Shown here in pieces: positions 8,122 to 18,868 of a DNA stretch of 64,000 nucleotides; position 1 is the stretch's first letter; each line of letters starts with the position of its first letter. The notes under the pieces were generated by a model. That model saw only the letters and a program-made list of their open reading frames with translations, made no database searches and was not told the origin of the DNA. This DNA is from an uncultured Alphaproteobacteria bacterium (GTDB taxonomy: Bacteria > Pseudomonadota > Alphaproteobacteria > Rhizobiales > Xanthobacteraceae): assembly GCA_963771745.1 (NCBI GenBank), contig CAVYUU010000010.1:139501-203500 (forward strand), given 5' to 3'. A program made the position numbers and the translations under genes.

Positions 8122-10302
8122 TCAGGCCTTCAACGTCGCCAGCACGCGCTCCGGCGTGAACGGCAGGTGACGCAGCCGCTTGTCGGTGAGGCGGTGGACG
8201 GCGTTCGAGATCGCGCCCGCGATGAACGGGTTGCCGATCTCGCCAAGCCCGGTGGGCCGGGTGTCGACGTCGACGAACTGCACATGCATCTCGTCCGGCA
8301 CGTCCGACATGCGCATCAGGTTGTAGTCGTGGAAATTCGACTGCTCCACGACGCCGTCCTTCAGCGTCACGCGCTCGTGCAGCACGCTCGAGAGCCCGTA
8401 AAGGATGGCGCTCTCGACGTTGGCGCGAGCCGGGGCCGGGTTCACCACCGTGCCGCCGTCGACCGCGACCCACACCTTGTGGACCTTGATCTTGCCGGTC
8501 TGCCGGTTGAGCGAGATTTCGACCACGCCGGCGCCGAGCGAGCCCGAGCGCTCGGTGATCGACAGGCCGAGTGCGCGGCCGTCCGGCCGCTTGGCGTTCC
8601 AATCGCACATCTGCGCCACGGTCTCGAAGCACTTGCGTGCCTTGGGCGTGGCGGCCATGCGCTCCAGCCGGAACGCGATCGGGTCCATGTTCGCGTCGAC
8701 CGCCATCTGGTCGATGAAGCTTTCGATGGCGAAGACGTTGAACACGTGGGCGACCGCACGCCAGTGCTTGACCTGCACGCCGTGCGACAGCCCGCGCAGC
8801 TCGAGATGCTGGTTGGGCACGCCGTAGTACGGGATCCGCATGCCGCCGGTCAGCAGCGCGAAGCCGCCGTCGTCGCCGACCACGCAATGCTTCCAGCCGG
8901 TGACCTTGCCGCTCGCGTCGGTCGCGGCCTCCAGGCACTGGAACGACTGCGGGCGGAACCGGCCCTGCGCCAGGTCCTCCTCGCGGGTCCAGACCAGCTT
9001 GACCGGGCGCTTGACCTCGCGCGCGATCAGCGCCGCCTCGACCGCCTCATAGCCGCCGTTGCGCCGGCCGAAGCCGCCGCCCAGGTAGCACTGGTTGTGG
9101 GCGACCTGCTCCTCCTTGAGCCCGAACGCCTTCGCCACCGCGGTGCGCGAGATGTCGGGGGCTTGCGTGCCTTCCCAGATCTCGACGCGGTCGCCCGCAT
9201 CGCTGACCCGCGCCACCGCGTTGAGCGGCTCCATCTGCGCGTGGTAGCCGAAGTCGCTCCGGAACTCGGCCTTGTGGACCTTGGCCGCGCCGGCGAACGC
9301 CGCCTTGGCGTCGCCCGCCGCCTGCACGGTCGTGGTCGGCGCGCTCGGGTCGTGGTGGACCTTCTCGTAGTCCTTTTCCAGCGCTTGCTCGGAGTTGAAG
9401 CCCGCGGCCTTGCCCTTCTGCCAGGTGGCTTTGATGGCGTTCTTCGCCGCCAGCGCGCGCTCGAACCGGTCGGCGACCACCGCGATGCCGTTCGGCAGCT
9501 TCACGGTCGCGATCACGCCCGGCAGCTTTTTGATGTCGGCGTCGTTCCAGCTCTCCGGCGCGGTGTTGTGCACCGGGGAGTGCAGCGTGGTGGCGTAGAC
9601 CATGCCGGGCAGGCGCACGTCGATGCCATACACCGCCGAGCCGTTGACCTTGGCCGGGGTGTCGCGGCGCGCAACGCCCTTGCCGATCAGCCGCCAGTCT
9701 TTCTTGGCTTTCAGCTCCGTGGCGTCGACCGTCGGCAGCGGCGAGGGGATTTTGCCGAACGCCGCGATCTCGCCGTAGCTGAGCTTCTGGCCGTTGGCCG
9801 GATTGACCACGGCGCCCGGCTCGGTGCGGAGCGAGGCTGCGTCGACGCCCCACTTCTCGGCCGCGTTCATCAGCAGCACCTTGCGCACCTGCGCGCCCGC
9901 GGTGCGCAGGTCGTTGTAGTACAGCATGGTGGCGCGGCTGCCGACGATCGCCATCATCTTGGTGTTGGCGTTCAGCTGGTAGCCGTAGGCCTTGGCGTCG
10001 GCCGGCGCCCATTCGAGCGCGACCTTCGACCAGTCGGCATCCATCTCTTCGGCCACGATCATCGGCAGGCCGGTCATGGAGCCTTGGCCCATCTCGGCGC
10101 CCGCCGTGAGGATGGTGACCGTGCCGCTCGGCTCGATCCGCACCCAGGCATTGAACGCCTTGGCGGGGGCCGGGGTATTGGCCTCGGCCGCCGAGAACAG
10201 CTTGGCGCCGTCGGTGCCGAGCGCGAGACAGAACGTCATGCCGCCCAGGCCGGCGAGCACGCTGCGGCGGGAAACCTGGTCCTTGTCGATGTTGATCGTC
10301 AT
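8122..10302 (-). CDS. Xanthine dehydrogenase family molybdopterin-binding subunit (IorB/aldehyde oxidoreductase type) with Tat signal
   Basis: SRRSVL twin-arginine leader; AEMGQGS, YHAQMEPLNA, LGGGFGRR, HWRAV, PTGLGEIG; intact 726 aa. Confidence 0.93.
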   Translation of the reverse strand: MTINIDKDQVSRRSVLAGLGGMTFCLALGTDGAKLFSAAEANTPAPAKAFNAWVRIEPSGTVTILTAGAEMGQGSMTGLPMIVAEEMDADWSKVALEWAPADAKAYGYQLNANTKMMAIVGSRATMLYYNDLRTAGAQVRKVLLMNAAEKWGVDAASLRTEPGAVVNPANGQKLSYGEIAAFGKIPSPLPTVDATELKAKKDWRLIGKGVARRDTPAKVNGSAVYGIDVRLPGMVYATTLHSPVHNTAPESWNDADIKKLPGVIATVKLPNGIAVVADRFERALAAKNAIKATWQKGKAAGFNSEQALEKDYEKVHHDPSAPTTTVQAAGDAKAAFAGAAKVHKAEFRSDFGYHAQMEPLNAVARVSDAGDRVEIWEGTQAPDISRTAVAKAFGLKEEQVAHNQCYLGGGFGRRNGGYEAVEAALIAREVKRPVKLVWTREEDLAQGRFRPQSFQCLEAATDASGKVTGWKHCVVGDDGGFALLTGGMRIPYYGVPNQHLELRGLSHGVQVKHWRAVAHVFNVFAIESFIDQMAVDANMDPIAFRLERMAATPKARKCFETVAQMCDWNAKRPDGRALGLSITERSGSLGAGVVEISLNRQTGKIKVHKVWVAVDGGTVVNPAPARANVESAILYGLSSVLHERVTLKDGVVEQSNFHDYNLMRMSDVPDEMHVQFVDVDTRPTGLGEIGNPFIAGAISNAVHRLTDKRLRHLPFTPERVLATLKA

Positions 10303-10305
10303 GGC

Positions 10306-10758
10306 TCAGCCCTCCCTCGATGCCTGTTCGACCGCCGCAATGATGCGGTGATAGGTCCCGCAGCGGCAGATGTTGCCGTCCATGTGCTCGACGATCTGCG
10401 CGCGGCTAGGCTTCTTGTTGGTGGCGAGCAGCTCGGCCGCCTTCATGATCTGGCCGGACTGGCAGTAGCCGCATTGCGGCACCTCCAGCGCGACCCAGGC
10501 CTTCTGCAGCGGGTGCGACGAATTCGGCGACAGACCTTCGATGGTGACGACCGCCTTGTCGGCGACCTCGGACACCTGGGTCTGGCAGGCGCGCACCGCC
10601 TTGCCGTTGAGATGCACGGTGCAGGCGCCGCACAGTCCGGCGCCGCAGCCGTATTTGGTGCCGGTCAATCCGACGTGATCGCGGATGACCCACAAAAGCG
10701 GAGTGTTCGGGTCGGCATCGACCGAAACTCGTTTGTCGTTCAGGGTGAACGAAACCAT
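10306..10758 (-). CDS. (2Fe-2S)-binding small subunit (IorA type)
   Basis: GTKYGCGAGLCGACTVH and QCGYCQSGQIM...GNICRCGTY Cys motifs; start MVSFTLND at 10758 after a GGAGG RBS. Confidence 0.95.
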   Translation of the reverse strand: MVSFTLNDKRVSVDADPNTPLLWVIRDHVGLTGTKYGCGAGLCGACTVHLNGKAVRACQTQVSEVADKAVVTIEGLSPNSSHPLQKAWVALEVPQCGYCQSGQIMKAAELLATNKKPSRAQIVEHMDGNICRCGTYHRIIAAVEQASREG

Positions 10759-10820
10759 GTTTCCTCCCTTTTGGCTCGCTTTCATGCAATGAAGGGGCGC
10801 GAACTTGGAATGTTTTTAAC

Positions 10821-12893
10821 ATGACCGCCGCCCTTCAGTCATCGTCCGCCAATCCGTTCTTCGAGACCTGGAACACGCCGTTCGGCGTGCCGCCGTTCCC
10901 ACGGATGAAACCCGAGCATTTCGTGCCGGCGTTCGAGCGCGCCTTCGCCGAGCATGAGGTCGAGATCGCCGCCATCGCCGGGCAACGCGATCCGCCGACA
11001 TTTGCCAACACCATCGAGGCCTATGAGCGCGCGGGCCGCGCCTTGCAGCGGGTCGACGATATCTTCGGCCAGCTGGTCGGCGCCGACAGCAACGACACGC
11101 TGCTCGCGATCGAGCGCGACATCACGCCGCGGACCGCCGCGCACTGGAACAAGGTGCGGATGAACGCGGCGCTGTTTGCCCGCATCGACGCGCTTTACCG
11201 TCAGCGCGACCGGCTCGGCCTCACCGCTGAGCAGCAGCGCGTGCTGGAGCGCCATTACACCAAGTTTCGCCGCGAGGGCGCGGCGCTCGAGGCCGGCAAG
11301 AAACAGCGGCTGGCCACGATCATCGAGCGGCTCGCCGCGCTCGGCACCGCGTTCAGCCAAAACGTGCTGGCCGACGAGCAGTCCTACGCCATGGTGCTGG
11401 ACGGCGAAGCCGATCTCGCCGGCCTGCCGGACTTCGTGCGCGCTGCCGCGAGTGCCGCCGCCGACGAGCGCGGCATCAAGGGCAAGCACGTCATCACCCT
11501 GCAGCGCTCCAGTGTCGAGCCGTTCTTGCAGTTTTCGTCGCGGCGCGACCTGCGCGAGAAGGCGTTCCGCGCCTGGATCGCGCGCGGCGACAACGGCGGC
11601 AAAACCGACAACAAGGCGATCATCGCGGAGACCATTGCGCTGCGCGGCGAGCGCGCCCGGCTGTTGGACTATCCGACGTTTGCGCATTACCGGCTCGACG
11701 ACGCCATGGCCAAGACGCCGGAGGCGGTGCGGTCGCTGCTGGATACGGTATGGCAGCCGGCGCGCGCAGCGGCGCTGGCCGATCGCGACGCCATGCAGGC
11801 GCTGATCGCCGAGGAGGGCGGCAATTTCAAGCTCGCCGCCTGGGATTGGCGCTACTACGCCGAGAAGCTCCGCAAGCGCCGCTGCGATTTCGAGGAATCC
11901 GAGGTCAAACCGTATTTTCCGCTCGATCGCGTGATCGAGGCTGCGTTCCATGGCGCGCAGCGGCTGTTCGGGCTGACGTTTCATCCGGTCGACGTGCCGG
12001 TTTGGCATCCCGACGTGCGGGCTTGGGAGGTTCGCGGCGCCGACGGCAGCCATGTCGGCATTTTCTTCGGCGACTATTTCGCCCGCCCGAGCAAGCACGG
12101 CGGCGCCTGGATGGGCACGATGCGCGACCAGGAGAAACTTGCCGGCGACGTGCGCCCGCTGGTGCTCAACGTGATGAATTTCAACAAGGGCGAGCCGACC
12201 TTGCTGTCGTTCGAGGACGCCCACACGCTGTTCCATGAAATGGGCCATGCGCTGCATGGCCTGTTGTCGGACGTCACCTATCCGTCGATCTCCTGCGCCA
12301 GCGTGCTGACCGACTGGGTCGAATTGCCGTCGCAGCTCTACGAGCATTGGTTCGAGCAGCCGGACATGCTGCGCAAGTTCGCGCGGCACTACCAGACCGG
12401 CGAACCGATCCCGGAGGCGCTGGTCGGCAAGCTGATGGCCGCCAAGAACTTTGATCGCGGCTGCCAGACGTTGGAATACATTTCGTCGGCGCTGGTCGAT
12501 CTCGACCTTCACCTGTTGCCGTCGGCCGATGGGCTCGATGTGAACGCGTTCGCCAAACGGACACTCGATCGTCTCGGCATGCCCGAGGAGATCGCGATGC
12601 GGCACCGCCCGCCGCATCACACCCATGTATTCTCGGGCGCCTACTACGCTGCCGCCTATTACAGCTACATGTGGTCGGAGGTGCTCGACGCCGACGCGTT
12701 CGCGGCGTTCGAGGAAGCCGGCGATATCTTCGATCCGGCGGTGGCGAGGCGGCTGCGCGACCATGTGCTGTCGACCGGCGGCTCGCGCGATCCAGCCGAG
12801 CTCTATGTTGCGTTCCGCGGTCGGCTGCCGAGCGCCGGCGCGCTGCTCAAGAAGCGCGGCTTCGCCGACGCGGCCGCCGTCCCGGCCGCATGA
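10821..12893 (+). CDS. dcp: M3 family metallopeptidase, peptidyl-dipeptidase Dcp
   Basis: NPFFETWNTPFGVPPF N-terminus, GDYFARPSKHGGAWM, zinc motif FHEMGHALH, DWVELPSQLYE, YYSYMWSEVLDADAF. Confidence 0.93.
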   Translation: MTAALQSSSANPFFETWNTPFGVPPFPRMKPEHFVPAFERAFAEHEVEIAAIAGQRDPPTFANTIEAYERAGRALQRVDDIFGQLVGADSNDTLLAIERDITPRTAAHWNKVRMNAALFARIDALYRQRDRLGLTAEQQRVLERHYTKFRREGAALEAGKKQRLATIIERLAALGTAFSQNVLADEQSYAMVLDGEADLAGLPDFVRAAASAAADERGIKGKHVITLQRSSVEPFLQFSSRRDLREKAFRAWIARGDNGGKTDNKAIIAETIALRGERARLLDYPTFAHYRLDDAMAKTPEAVRSLLDTVWQPARAAALADRDAMQALIAEEGGNFKLAAWDWRYYAEKLRKRRCDFEESEVKPYFPLDRVIEAAFHGAQRLFGLTFHPVDVPVWHPDVRAWEVRGADGSHVGIFFGDYFARPSKHGGAWMGTMRDQEKLAGDVRPLVLNVMNFNKGEPTLLSFEDAHTLFHEMGHALHGLLSDVTYPSISCASVLTDWVELPSQLYEHWFEQPDMLRKFARHYQTGEPIPEALVGKLMAAKNFDRGCQTLEYISSALVDLDLHLLPSADGLDVNAFAKRTLDRLGMPEEIAMRHRPPHHTHVFSGAYYAAAYYSYMWSEVLDADAFAAFEEAGDIFDPAVARRLRDHVLSTGGSRDPAELYVAFRGRLPSAGALLKKRGFADAAAVPAA

Positions 12894-14486
12894 CCGACCT
12901 GCACAGCGCCGGACATCGCCGTGGCGTGGTGGCGGCGCCACACGCCGCCGCTGTCGAGGCCGGCCAGGTGGTGCTGGCTGACGGCGGCAACGCGCTCGAA
13001 GCCATGGTGGCGATGGCGGCCTGCATCGCCGCCGCCTATCCGCACATGAATCACGTCGGCGGCGACGGCTTCTGGCTGATCCGCGACCCGAAAGGTCGCC
13101 TGCGCGCCATCATGGCGGCGGGACCGGCCGGCGCGCGGGCCGAGCGCGAGCTTTATCGCGACACCGATGCGATTCCGACGCGCGGCCCGCTGGCCGCGCT
13201 GACCGTTCCGGGCGCCGTCGGCGGCTGGCTGGTTGCGCTCGAAGCCGCCAAGGCGCTGGGCGGCCACATGCCGCTCGACGTGCTGCTTGGAGCGGCGGTC
13301 CGCCACGCCCGCGACGGGTACGAGGTCAGCAGCAGCCAGACGCGGCTCACCGCCGAGAAGCTCGCGGAGCTGAAGGACGTGCCGGGCTTTGCCGCGACCT
13401 TCCTGCTGCGCGACGGCACGGTGCCGCCCGCTGGCACCATGATGCGGCAGAGCGCCTTGGCGGCGACGCTCGATCATCTGGCGCACACCGGACTTGACGA
13501 TTTCTACCGCGGCGACGTCGGGCGCGAGATCGCGGCCGATCTGGAGCGGATCGGCAGCCCGGTCACGCGCGATGACCTCGTGCGCTACCGTGCCACCTTG
13601 GCCGAGCCGTTGAGCGCGAGCTTGCGCGCCGGCACGCTCTACAACACGCCGCCGCCGACCCAAGGGCTCGCTTCACTGTTGATCCTGGCGCTCTACGAAC
13701 GGCTACGGGTCGCCGAAGCCGATGGCTTCGATTTCGCCCATGGCCTGGTCGAGGCGACCAAGCGCGCGTTCCGGGTGCGCGACCGCGTCGTCACCGACCC
13801 GGCGCGGGTGCCGCAGCCGCCACAGCGGTTTCTCGAAGCCAACGTTCTCGACGGCGAAAGCTTGAAAATCGACCGCGGCAGGGCCGCGAAATGGCCGCAT
13901 GCCCTACGGCGAAGGCGACACCGTTTGGATGGGCGCGGCCGACGGCAGCGGCCTGGTCGTGTCCTACATCCAGTCGCTGTACTGGGAGTTCGGCTCGGGC
14001 TGCGTGCTGCCCGCGACCGGCGTGCTGATGCAGAACCGCGGCGCGAGCTTCTCGCTCGACCGCCATGCGCTCAACGCGCTGGCGCCAGGACGGCTGCCGT
14101 TCCACACGCTCAATCCGGCGCTCGCCGTTCTGGCCGACGGCCGGGTCATGGCGTATGGCGCGATGGGCGGCGATGGCCAGCCGCAGACCCAGGCGATGGT
14201 GTTCGCCCGCCACGTGCTGCACCGCATGCCGCTCGACCGCGCCATCGACGCACCGCGCTGGCTGCTCGGCCGCACCTGGGGCTCGACCGTGACCAACCTG
14301 CGGATGGAATCGCGCTTCGACGGCCACCTGGTCGACCGGCTGCTGTCCGCCGGCCACGACGTCGAGCTGCTGCCCGACGCCTATTCGGACACCATGGGCC
14401 ACGCCGGCGCGGTGATCATCCATCCAAACGGAACGCTCGAGGGCGCGCACGATCCGCGCGCCGACGGCGGCGCGGCCGGGGTGTAG
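12890..14486 (+). CDS. ggt: Gamma-glutamyltransferase family protein, one frameshift at about 13901
   Basis: GGNALEAMVAMAA, YPHMNHVGGDGF, TVPGAVGGW, NTPPPTQG; after the indel GEGDTVW (nucleophile Thr), QNRG, FHTLNP, YGAMGGDGQPQ, AHDPRADG. ATGA overlap with dcp. Confidence 0.92.
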
Positions 14487-14537
14487 CGAAAATTTTGTGA
14501 AGCAGTGAAGTGCCACGAGCGAGCTCGCGGTGCCGAC

Positions 14538-14942
14538 TCACCCCACCTTGTCGCCGTATTGTTCGTCGCTGACCTTCTCCAGCCAGGTCACATGGGTGCC
14601 GTCGAGCGCCTCCTGCATCGCAAGGTGGGTCATCGCCATGCTGGGCGCGGCGCCGTGCCAGTGCTTCTCGTTGGGCGCAAAGAACACCGTGTCGCCGGCG
14701 CGCACCTCCTTGATCGGCCCGCCCCAGGCCTGGACGCGGCCGACGCCGGCGGTGATGTGAATGGTCTGGCCGAGCGGATGGGTGTGCCAGGCGGTGCGCG
14801 CGCCCGGCTCGAAGCGCACCCAGGCGGCGCGCAACCGCGCCGGCGCCGGCGCCTCGATGATCGGGTCCTGCCAGACCGTGCCGGTGAAATAATCCGCCGG
14901 CGTCTTGCGAGACGGCGTCGAGCCGAGTGACTTGATGTCCAT
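14538..14942 (-). CDS. Cupin domain protein
   Basis: [23 protein letters not shown]...EKHWHGA...MTHLAMQE metal-binding cupin motifs; AGGAGG RBS. Confidence 0.9.
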   Translation of the reverse strand: MDIKSLGSTPSRKTPADYFTGTVWQDPIIEAPAPARLRAAWVRFEPGARTAWHTHPLGQTIHITAGVGRVQAWGGPIKEVRAGDTVFFAPNEKHWHGAAPSMAMTHLAMQEALDGTHVTWLEKVSDEQYGDKVG

Positions 14943-14957
14943 ATGATATTCCTCCTG

Positions 14958-15800
14958 TTATGCCGGAAAGCCGTAGAGCGCGGTCGGGTTATCGACCAGG
15001 ATGCGGTTGCGCGTCTTGTCGTCCGGCGCCCAGTCGGTGAGCAGATCAAACAACACCGCGTCGTCCGGCTTGTCGCTCTCGGTCGGATGCGGCCAGTCGC
15101 TGCCCCACACCATGCGTTCAGGCGCCGCCGCCAAATAGGCGCGCGCAACCGCGCCGGCCTCGGCATAGGCCGGCCGCTCGGCCATCATGTAGGCGCCTGA
15201 CAGCTTCATCCAGGTGCGGCCGCCGTCGAGCATGCGGCGGATGACGGCAACGGCCGGATCGCTTGTGCCGGACACCCGTCCGAGATGATCGAACACCACG
15301 GTGCCCGGCAAGCGTTGCAGCATGTCGGCTGCGGCGACGATCTGATCCCCCCGCAAATGGATCTGCACATGCCAGCCGAGCGGCTCGACCCGGTGCGCCA
15401 GCGGCTCGATCATGTCGAGCGTGGTGGCGGCGGTCCGCGGATCGAACTGGGTGAAGCGGATGCCGCGAATGCCGCCGGCCGCCAGCGCCTTGAGCTCGGC
15501 ATCGCTGACGGTCGGATGCACGACCGCAACGCCGCGCGCGTTGCCAAGCGCGGCGATGGCGTCGAGCGTCACGGCATTGTCGGTGACATAGGCCGCCGGC
15601 GTCACGATGACGGTGCGGCGGGTTCCGATCCGCTGCTGCAACAACCGGTAGTCGGCCGTGCGCGCATTCGGCTGCATGCGCGAGCCGGGCCGCAGCGGCG
15701 GAAACCGCTCGCCGTCATAGACGTGCATGTGACAATCGCAGGACTGGTCCGGCGCGACGAGTTTCGGCCTGGCGGTGCCGGCGGAGTGGGGGACCTGCAT
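14958..15800 (-). CDS. Amidohydrolase_2 family protein (2-pyrone-4,6-dicarboxylate lactonase-like)
   Basis: CDCHMHVY, GWHVQIH, VVFDHLG, WMKLSGAY, MVWGSDWPHP, ILVDNPTALYGF. Confidence 0.9.
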   Translation of the reverse strand: MQVPHSAGTARPKLVAPDQSCDCHMHVYDGERFPPLRPGSRMQPNARTADYRLLQQRIGTRRTVIVTPAAYVTDNAVTLDAIAALGNARGVAVVHPTVSDAELKALAAGGIRGIRFTQFDPRTAATTLDMIEPLAHRVEPLGWHVQIHLRGDQIVAAADMLQRLPGTVVFDHLGRVSGTSDPAVAVIRRMLDGGRTWMKLSGAYMMAERPAYAEAGAVARAYLAAAPERMVWGSDWPHPTESDKPDDAVLFDLLTDWAPDDKTRNRILVDNPTALYGFPA

Positions 15801-15841
15801 GGCCGCAAGCTTACGGCCTCCATTCCGCCCCAGTCCATGCT

Positions 15842-16507
15842 ATGGTTCCGCTCCACATGAACCAGGGTCTCGCAAGGCTTGCTGCGATGTTGGCGGTGCT
15901 GTTGCTCACCGGCGGCGCGGCGTTGGCGCATCCGCATGTCTGGGTGACGGTGAAGAGCGCGGTGGTCTACGGGCCCGACGGCTCGGTCATCGGCATTCGC
16001 CACGCCTGGGCATTCGACGACATGTATTCGACCTTCGCGACGCAGGGGCTGGAGCAGAAGAAAAAGGGCGAGTTCAGCCGCGAGGAGTTGCAGCCGCTCG
16101 CCCAGGTCAATGTCGAATCGCTGAAGGAGTATGACTTCTTCACCTACGCCAAGGCCGACGGCAAGAAGGCGATCTTCGTCGACCCGGTCGAATATCATCT
16201 CGAATTCGACCCCAAGGACACGATCCTGACTTTGCATTTCCTGCTGCCGCTGAAGACGCCGCTGAAGGCCAAGTCGCTCAATCTCGAAGTGTTCGACCCG
16301 AGCTATTTCGTCGACTTCTCGTTTGCCGAGAAGGATGCCGTGGCGCTCGCCGGTGCGCCGGCCGGCTGCGCGCTGAACCTGACCAGACCGCAGGAGCTGA
16401 CCGCCGAGATGGCGCGGCGGCTCGCGGAAATTCCGCCGGACGGCAAAATTCCGGAAAACACCTACGGTGCGGCGTTCGCCAACAAGATCGTTGTGAAATG
16501 CCCATGA
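15842..16507 (+). CDS. DUF1007 family periplasmic protein (ZevA-like)
   Basis: Signal peptide ending AALA followed by HPHVWV; WAFDDMYS, LTLHFLLPL, FDPSYFVDF. Confidence 0.85.
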   Translation: MVPLHMNQGLARLAAMLAVLLLTGGAALAHPHVWVTVKSAVVYGPDGSVIGIRHAWAFDDMYSTFATQGLEQKKKGEFSREELQPLAQVNVESLKEYDFFTYAKADGKKAIFVDPVEYHLEFDPKDTILTLHFLLPLKTPLKAKSLNLEVFDPSYFVDFSFAEKDAVALAGAPAGCALNLTRPQELTAEMARRLAEIPPDGKIPENTYGAAFANKIVVKCP

Positions 16508-17612
16508 CCCAACGCGCCGCTGGGCGCACGGTCATTGCGCTCATCGTCCTGGCCTCCGTCGCCTCCTTCATGCTGGCGACCGGCGCGCTGGATGCGGCGC
16601 TGGCGCAGACCGGTCCGTTCGGTGCGCCGCGCGGCGCGCCCCGGCCGCCGGCCGACGGCTGGCTCGGCTGGGTGTTCGACAAGCAGGCCGAGTTCTCGCT
16701 GGCGATGCGCAACATGCTGCGCAGCGCCAAGGACGACGGCAGCGCGGTGTGGGGGCTGCTCGGCCTGTCGTTCCTGTACGGAATTTTTCACGCCGCCGGG
16801 CCCGGCCATGGCAAGGCGGTGATCTCGTCCTACGTCGTTGCCAACCATGAGACCTGGCGGCGCGGCGTCGCGCTGTCGTTTGCTTCGGCGCTGCTGCAGG
16901 CCTTCGTCGCCGTGGCGTTCGTCGGCATCGCCGCTTGGGTTTTCAACGCCACTATGGCGACCATGTGCAAGACCGAGCGCTGGATCGAGATCATCAGCTA
17001 CGCGCTGATTGCGCTGATCGGCTTGCGACTGGTCTGGGTGAAGGGGCGGGCGTTTTTCAACGCCATGCGAGGCATGAGCCGGACGTTGCAGCCGGTCGGC
17101 GCGGCGGTGACGCCGCACGACCACAAGCACGGTCATCATCATCAGACAATCACGACCACCACCACGACCATGATCACCACGAGCATCATGGCCACCACCA
17201 TCATCATCACGAGGACGACGCCTCGGCCTGGGGCCATGCCCATGGGCCGGAGCCGCACGACCTGGCCGGGCCGGGCGGCTGGCGACGTGGCCTTTCGGCG
17301 ATCGTCGCGGTCGGCCTGCGGCCGTGCTCGGGCGCGATCCTGGTGCTGGTGTTCGCGCTGGCGCAAGGCATGCTTTGGGCCGGGGTTGCGGCGACCTTCG
17401 TGATGGGGCTCGGCACCGCGATCACCGTTGCGGCGATCGCGACCATTGCGGTCGGCGCGCGTTCGTTGGCGCAGGGCTTTGCCGCCTCCAAATCGGGCTA
17501 CGGCATGCTGGCGCTACGCGGCATCGAGACCGGCGCAGCGGTGGTCATCCTGTTGTTTGGCGCCTTGCTGCTGGCGGGCTATCTCGCCAGCGAGCGCCTG
17601 CCGCTCTGTTGA
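16504..17612 (+). CDS. HoxN/NicO/RcnA-family nickel/cobalt transporter with His-rich loop, frameshift at about 17140
   Basis: SFLYGIFHAAGPGHGKAVISSY signature; His-rich loop HDHKHGHH...[20 protein letters not shown]; GLRPCSGAILVLVFA; ATGA overlap with the DUF1007 gene. Confidence 0.9.
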
Positions 17613-17616
17613 TGCC

Positions 17617-18828
17617 GTGATCGAAACCAGGTGCTGCATCGTTGGCGGCGGCCCGGCCGGGATGATGCTGGGCTTCCTGCTGGCGCGTGCCGGTCTCGAT
17701 GTCGTGGTGCTGGAGAAGCACGCCGACTTTCTGCGCGACTTCCGCGGCGACACCATCCATCCTTCGACGCTCGAACTGATGCACGAGCTTGGCCTGCTCG
17801 ACGAGTTCCTCAAGCTGCCGCACCAGCGGGCGCCGCAGCTGTCGGGCCGGTTCGGCCATTTGCCGCTGACGCTTGCGGATTTCGGCCATCTGCCGACGCG
17901 CTGCAAGTTCATTGCGCTGATGCCGCAGTGGGACTTTCTGAATTTTCTTGCCGAGCACGGCCGCCGCTATCGCGGCTTCCGCCTGATGATGCGCGCGGAG
18001 GCGACCGGGCTGATCGAGGAGGGCGGCCGCGTCGTCGGCGTTCATGCCACGTCGCCGCAGGGCGACCTCGCGATCCGCAGCCCACTGGTCGTCGGCAGCG
18101 ACGGCCGCCACTCCATCGTGCGTGATAAGGCGGGCCTTGTGGTCGAAGCGCTGGGCGCGCCGATGGACGTGCTGTGGTTCCGGTTGAGCCGGTGCCCGGA
18201 CGATAGCCTGGCGACCGGCGGGTTTTTCCTGCCCGGACGCATCTTTGTCACGCTCAACCGCGGCGACTACTGGCAATGCGCCTATGTGATCCCGAAAGGG
18301 TCGGTCGAGGAGGTGCACCGCAAGGGGCTGCCGGCGTTCCGCGCCGACATCGTCAGTGCGGTGCCGATGTTCGGCGATCGGGTCGATGAGATCGCCGATT
18401 GGGATCAGGTCAAGCTGCTGACCGTCGCGGTCGATCGGCTCAAGCGCTGGTATCGCTCGGGGCTGCTCTGCATCGGCGACGCCGCCCACGCCATGTCGCC
18501 GATCGGTGGCGTCGGTATCAACCTGGCGGTGCAGGACGCGGTCGCCGCCGCCAACATCGTGGCCGAGCCGCTGCGCGCCGGCACAGTCGGCGAGGATGTG
18601 CTGGCCAAGGTGCAGGCGCGGCGCGAATTTCCGACCCGCGTCACTCAGCGCATCCAGATCGTCATGCAGGAGCGGGTGATCCGCAACGTGCTGGCCGGAC
18701 AGGGCGAGCTCAAGCCGCCGCTGTTCGTCAAGCTGTTGCGTGCGTTCCCGTTCATGCGCCGTATCCCGGCGCGCATCCTGGGCCTCGGCGTCCGCCCCGA
18801 GCACATCGGCACGCCCGAGCGGGCGTAG
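17617..18828 (+). CDS. FAD-dependent oxidoreductase/monooxygenase (FAD_binding_3)
   Basis: GTG start; CIVGGGPAGM, FRGDTIHPS, VVGSDGRHS, LCIGDAAHAMSPIGGVGINLAVQDA. Confidence 0.9.
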   Translation: MIETRCCIVGGGPAGMMLGFLLARAGLDVVVLEKHADFLRDFRGDTIHPSTLELMHELGLLDEFLKLPHQRAPQLSGRFGHLPLTLADFGHLPTRCKFIALMPQWDFLNFLAEHGRRYRGFRLMMRAEATGLIEEGGRVVGVHATSPQGDLAIRSPLVVGSDGRHSIVRDKAGLVVEALGAPMDVLWFRLSRCPDDSLATGGFFLPGRIFVTLNRGDYWQCAYVIPKGSVEEVHRKGLPAFRADIVSAVPMFGDRVDEIADWDQVKLLTVAVDRLKRWYRSGLLCIGDAAHAMSPIGGVGINLAVQDAVAAANIVAEPLRAGTVGEDVLAKVQARREFPTRVTQRIQIVMQERVIRNVLAGQGELKPPLFVKLLRAFPFMRRIPARILGLGVRPEHIGTPERA

Positions 18829-18838
18829 CCTATCCACG

Positions 18839-18858
18839 GTCATTCCGGCCGGGATGAC
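18839..18858. repeat. Short REP-like palindrome, family A
   Basis: GTCATTCCGGCCGGGATGAC between convergent genes; could act as a bidirectional terminator. Confidence 0.55.
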
Positions 18859-18868
18859 CGCAGAGATA

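Noticed and set aside
7883-8170. 95-aa ORF MYWEVERFQG...[17 protein letters not shown]
   Set aside because: Largely a translation of the RIME-like repeat and palindrome, and it runs into the iorB 3' end.
8035-12941. Very long antisense ORFs (8035-10824 +, 10839-12941 -) and similar ones opposite IOR, coxL-like, the ligase and the HWE kinase
   Set aside because: Typical shadow ORFs of high-GC3 genes: no motifs, and they fully overlap well-supported genes on the other strand.
12671-14500. 609-aa ORF suggesting an N-terminally extended GGT
   Set aside because: The first 73 codons overlap dcp in another frame and the tail is out of frame after the 13901 indel; the real gene is 12890-14486.
17120-17215. 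CAC/GAC/CAT trinucleotide-like repeats as a microsatellite or contingency locus
   Set aside because: They encode the His-rich loop of the Ni/Co transporter; the frameshift there is more simply a sequencing indel, though slippage cannot be excluded without reads.
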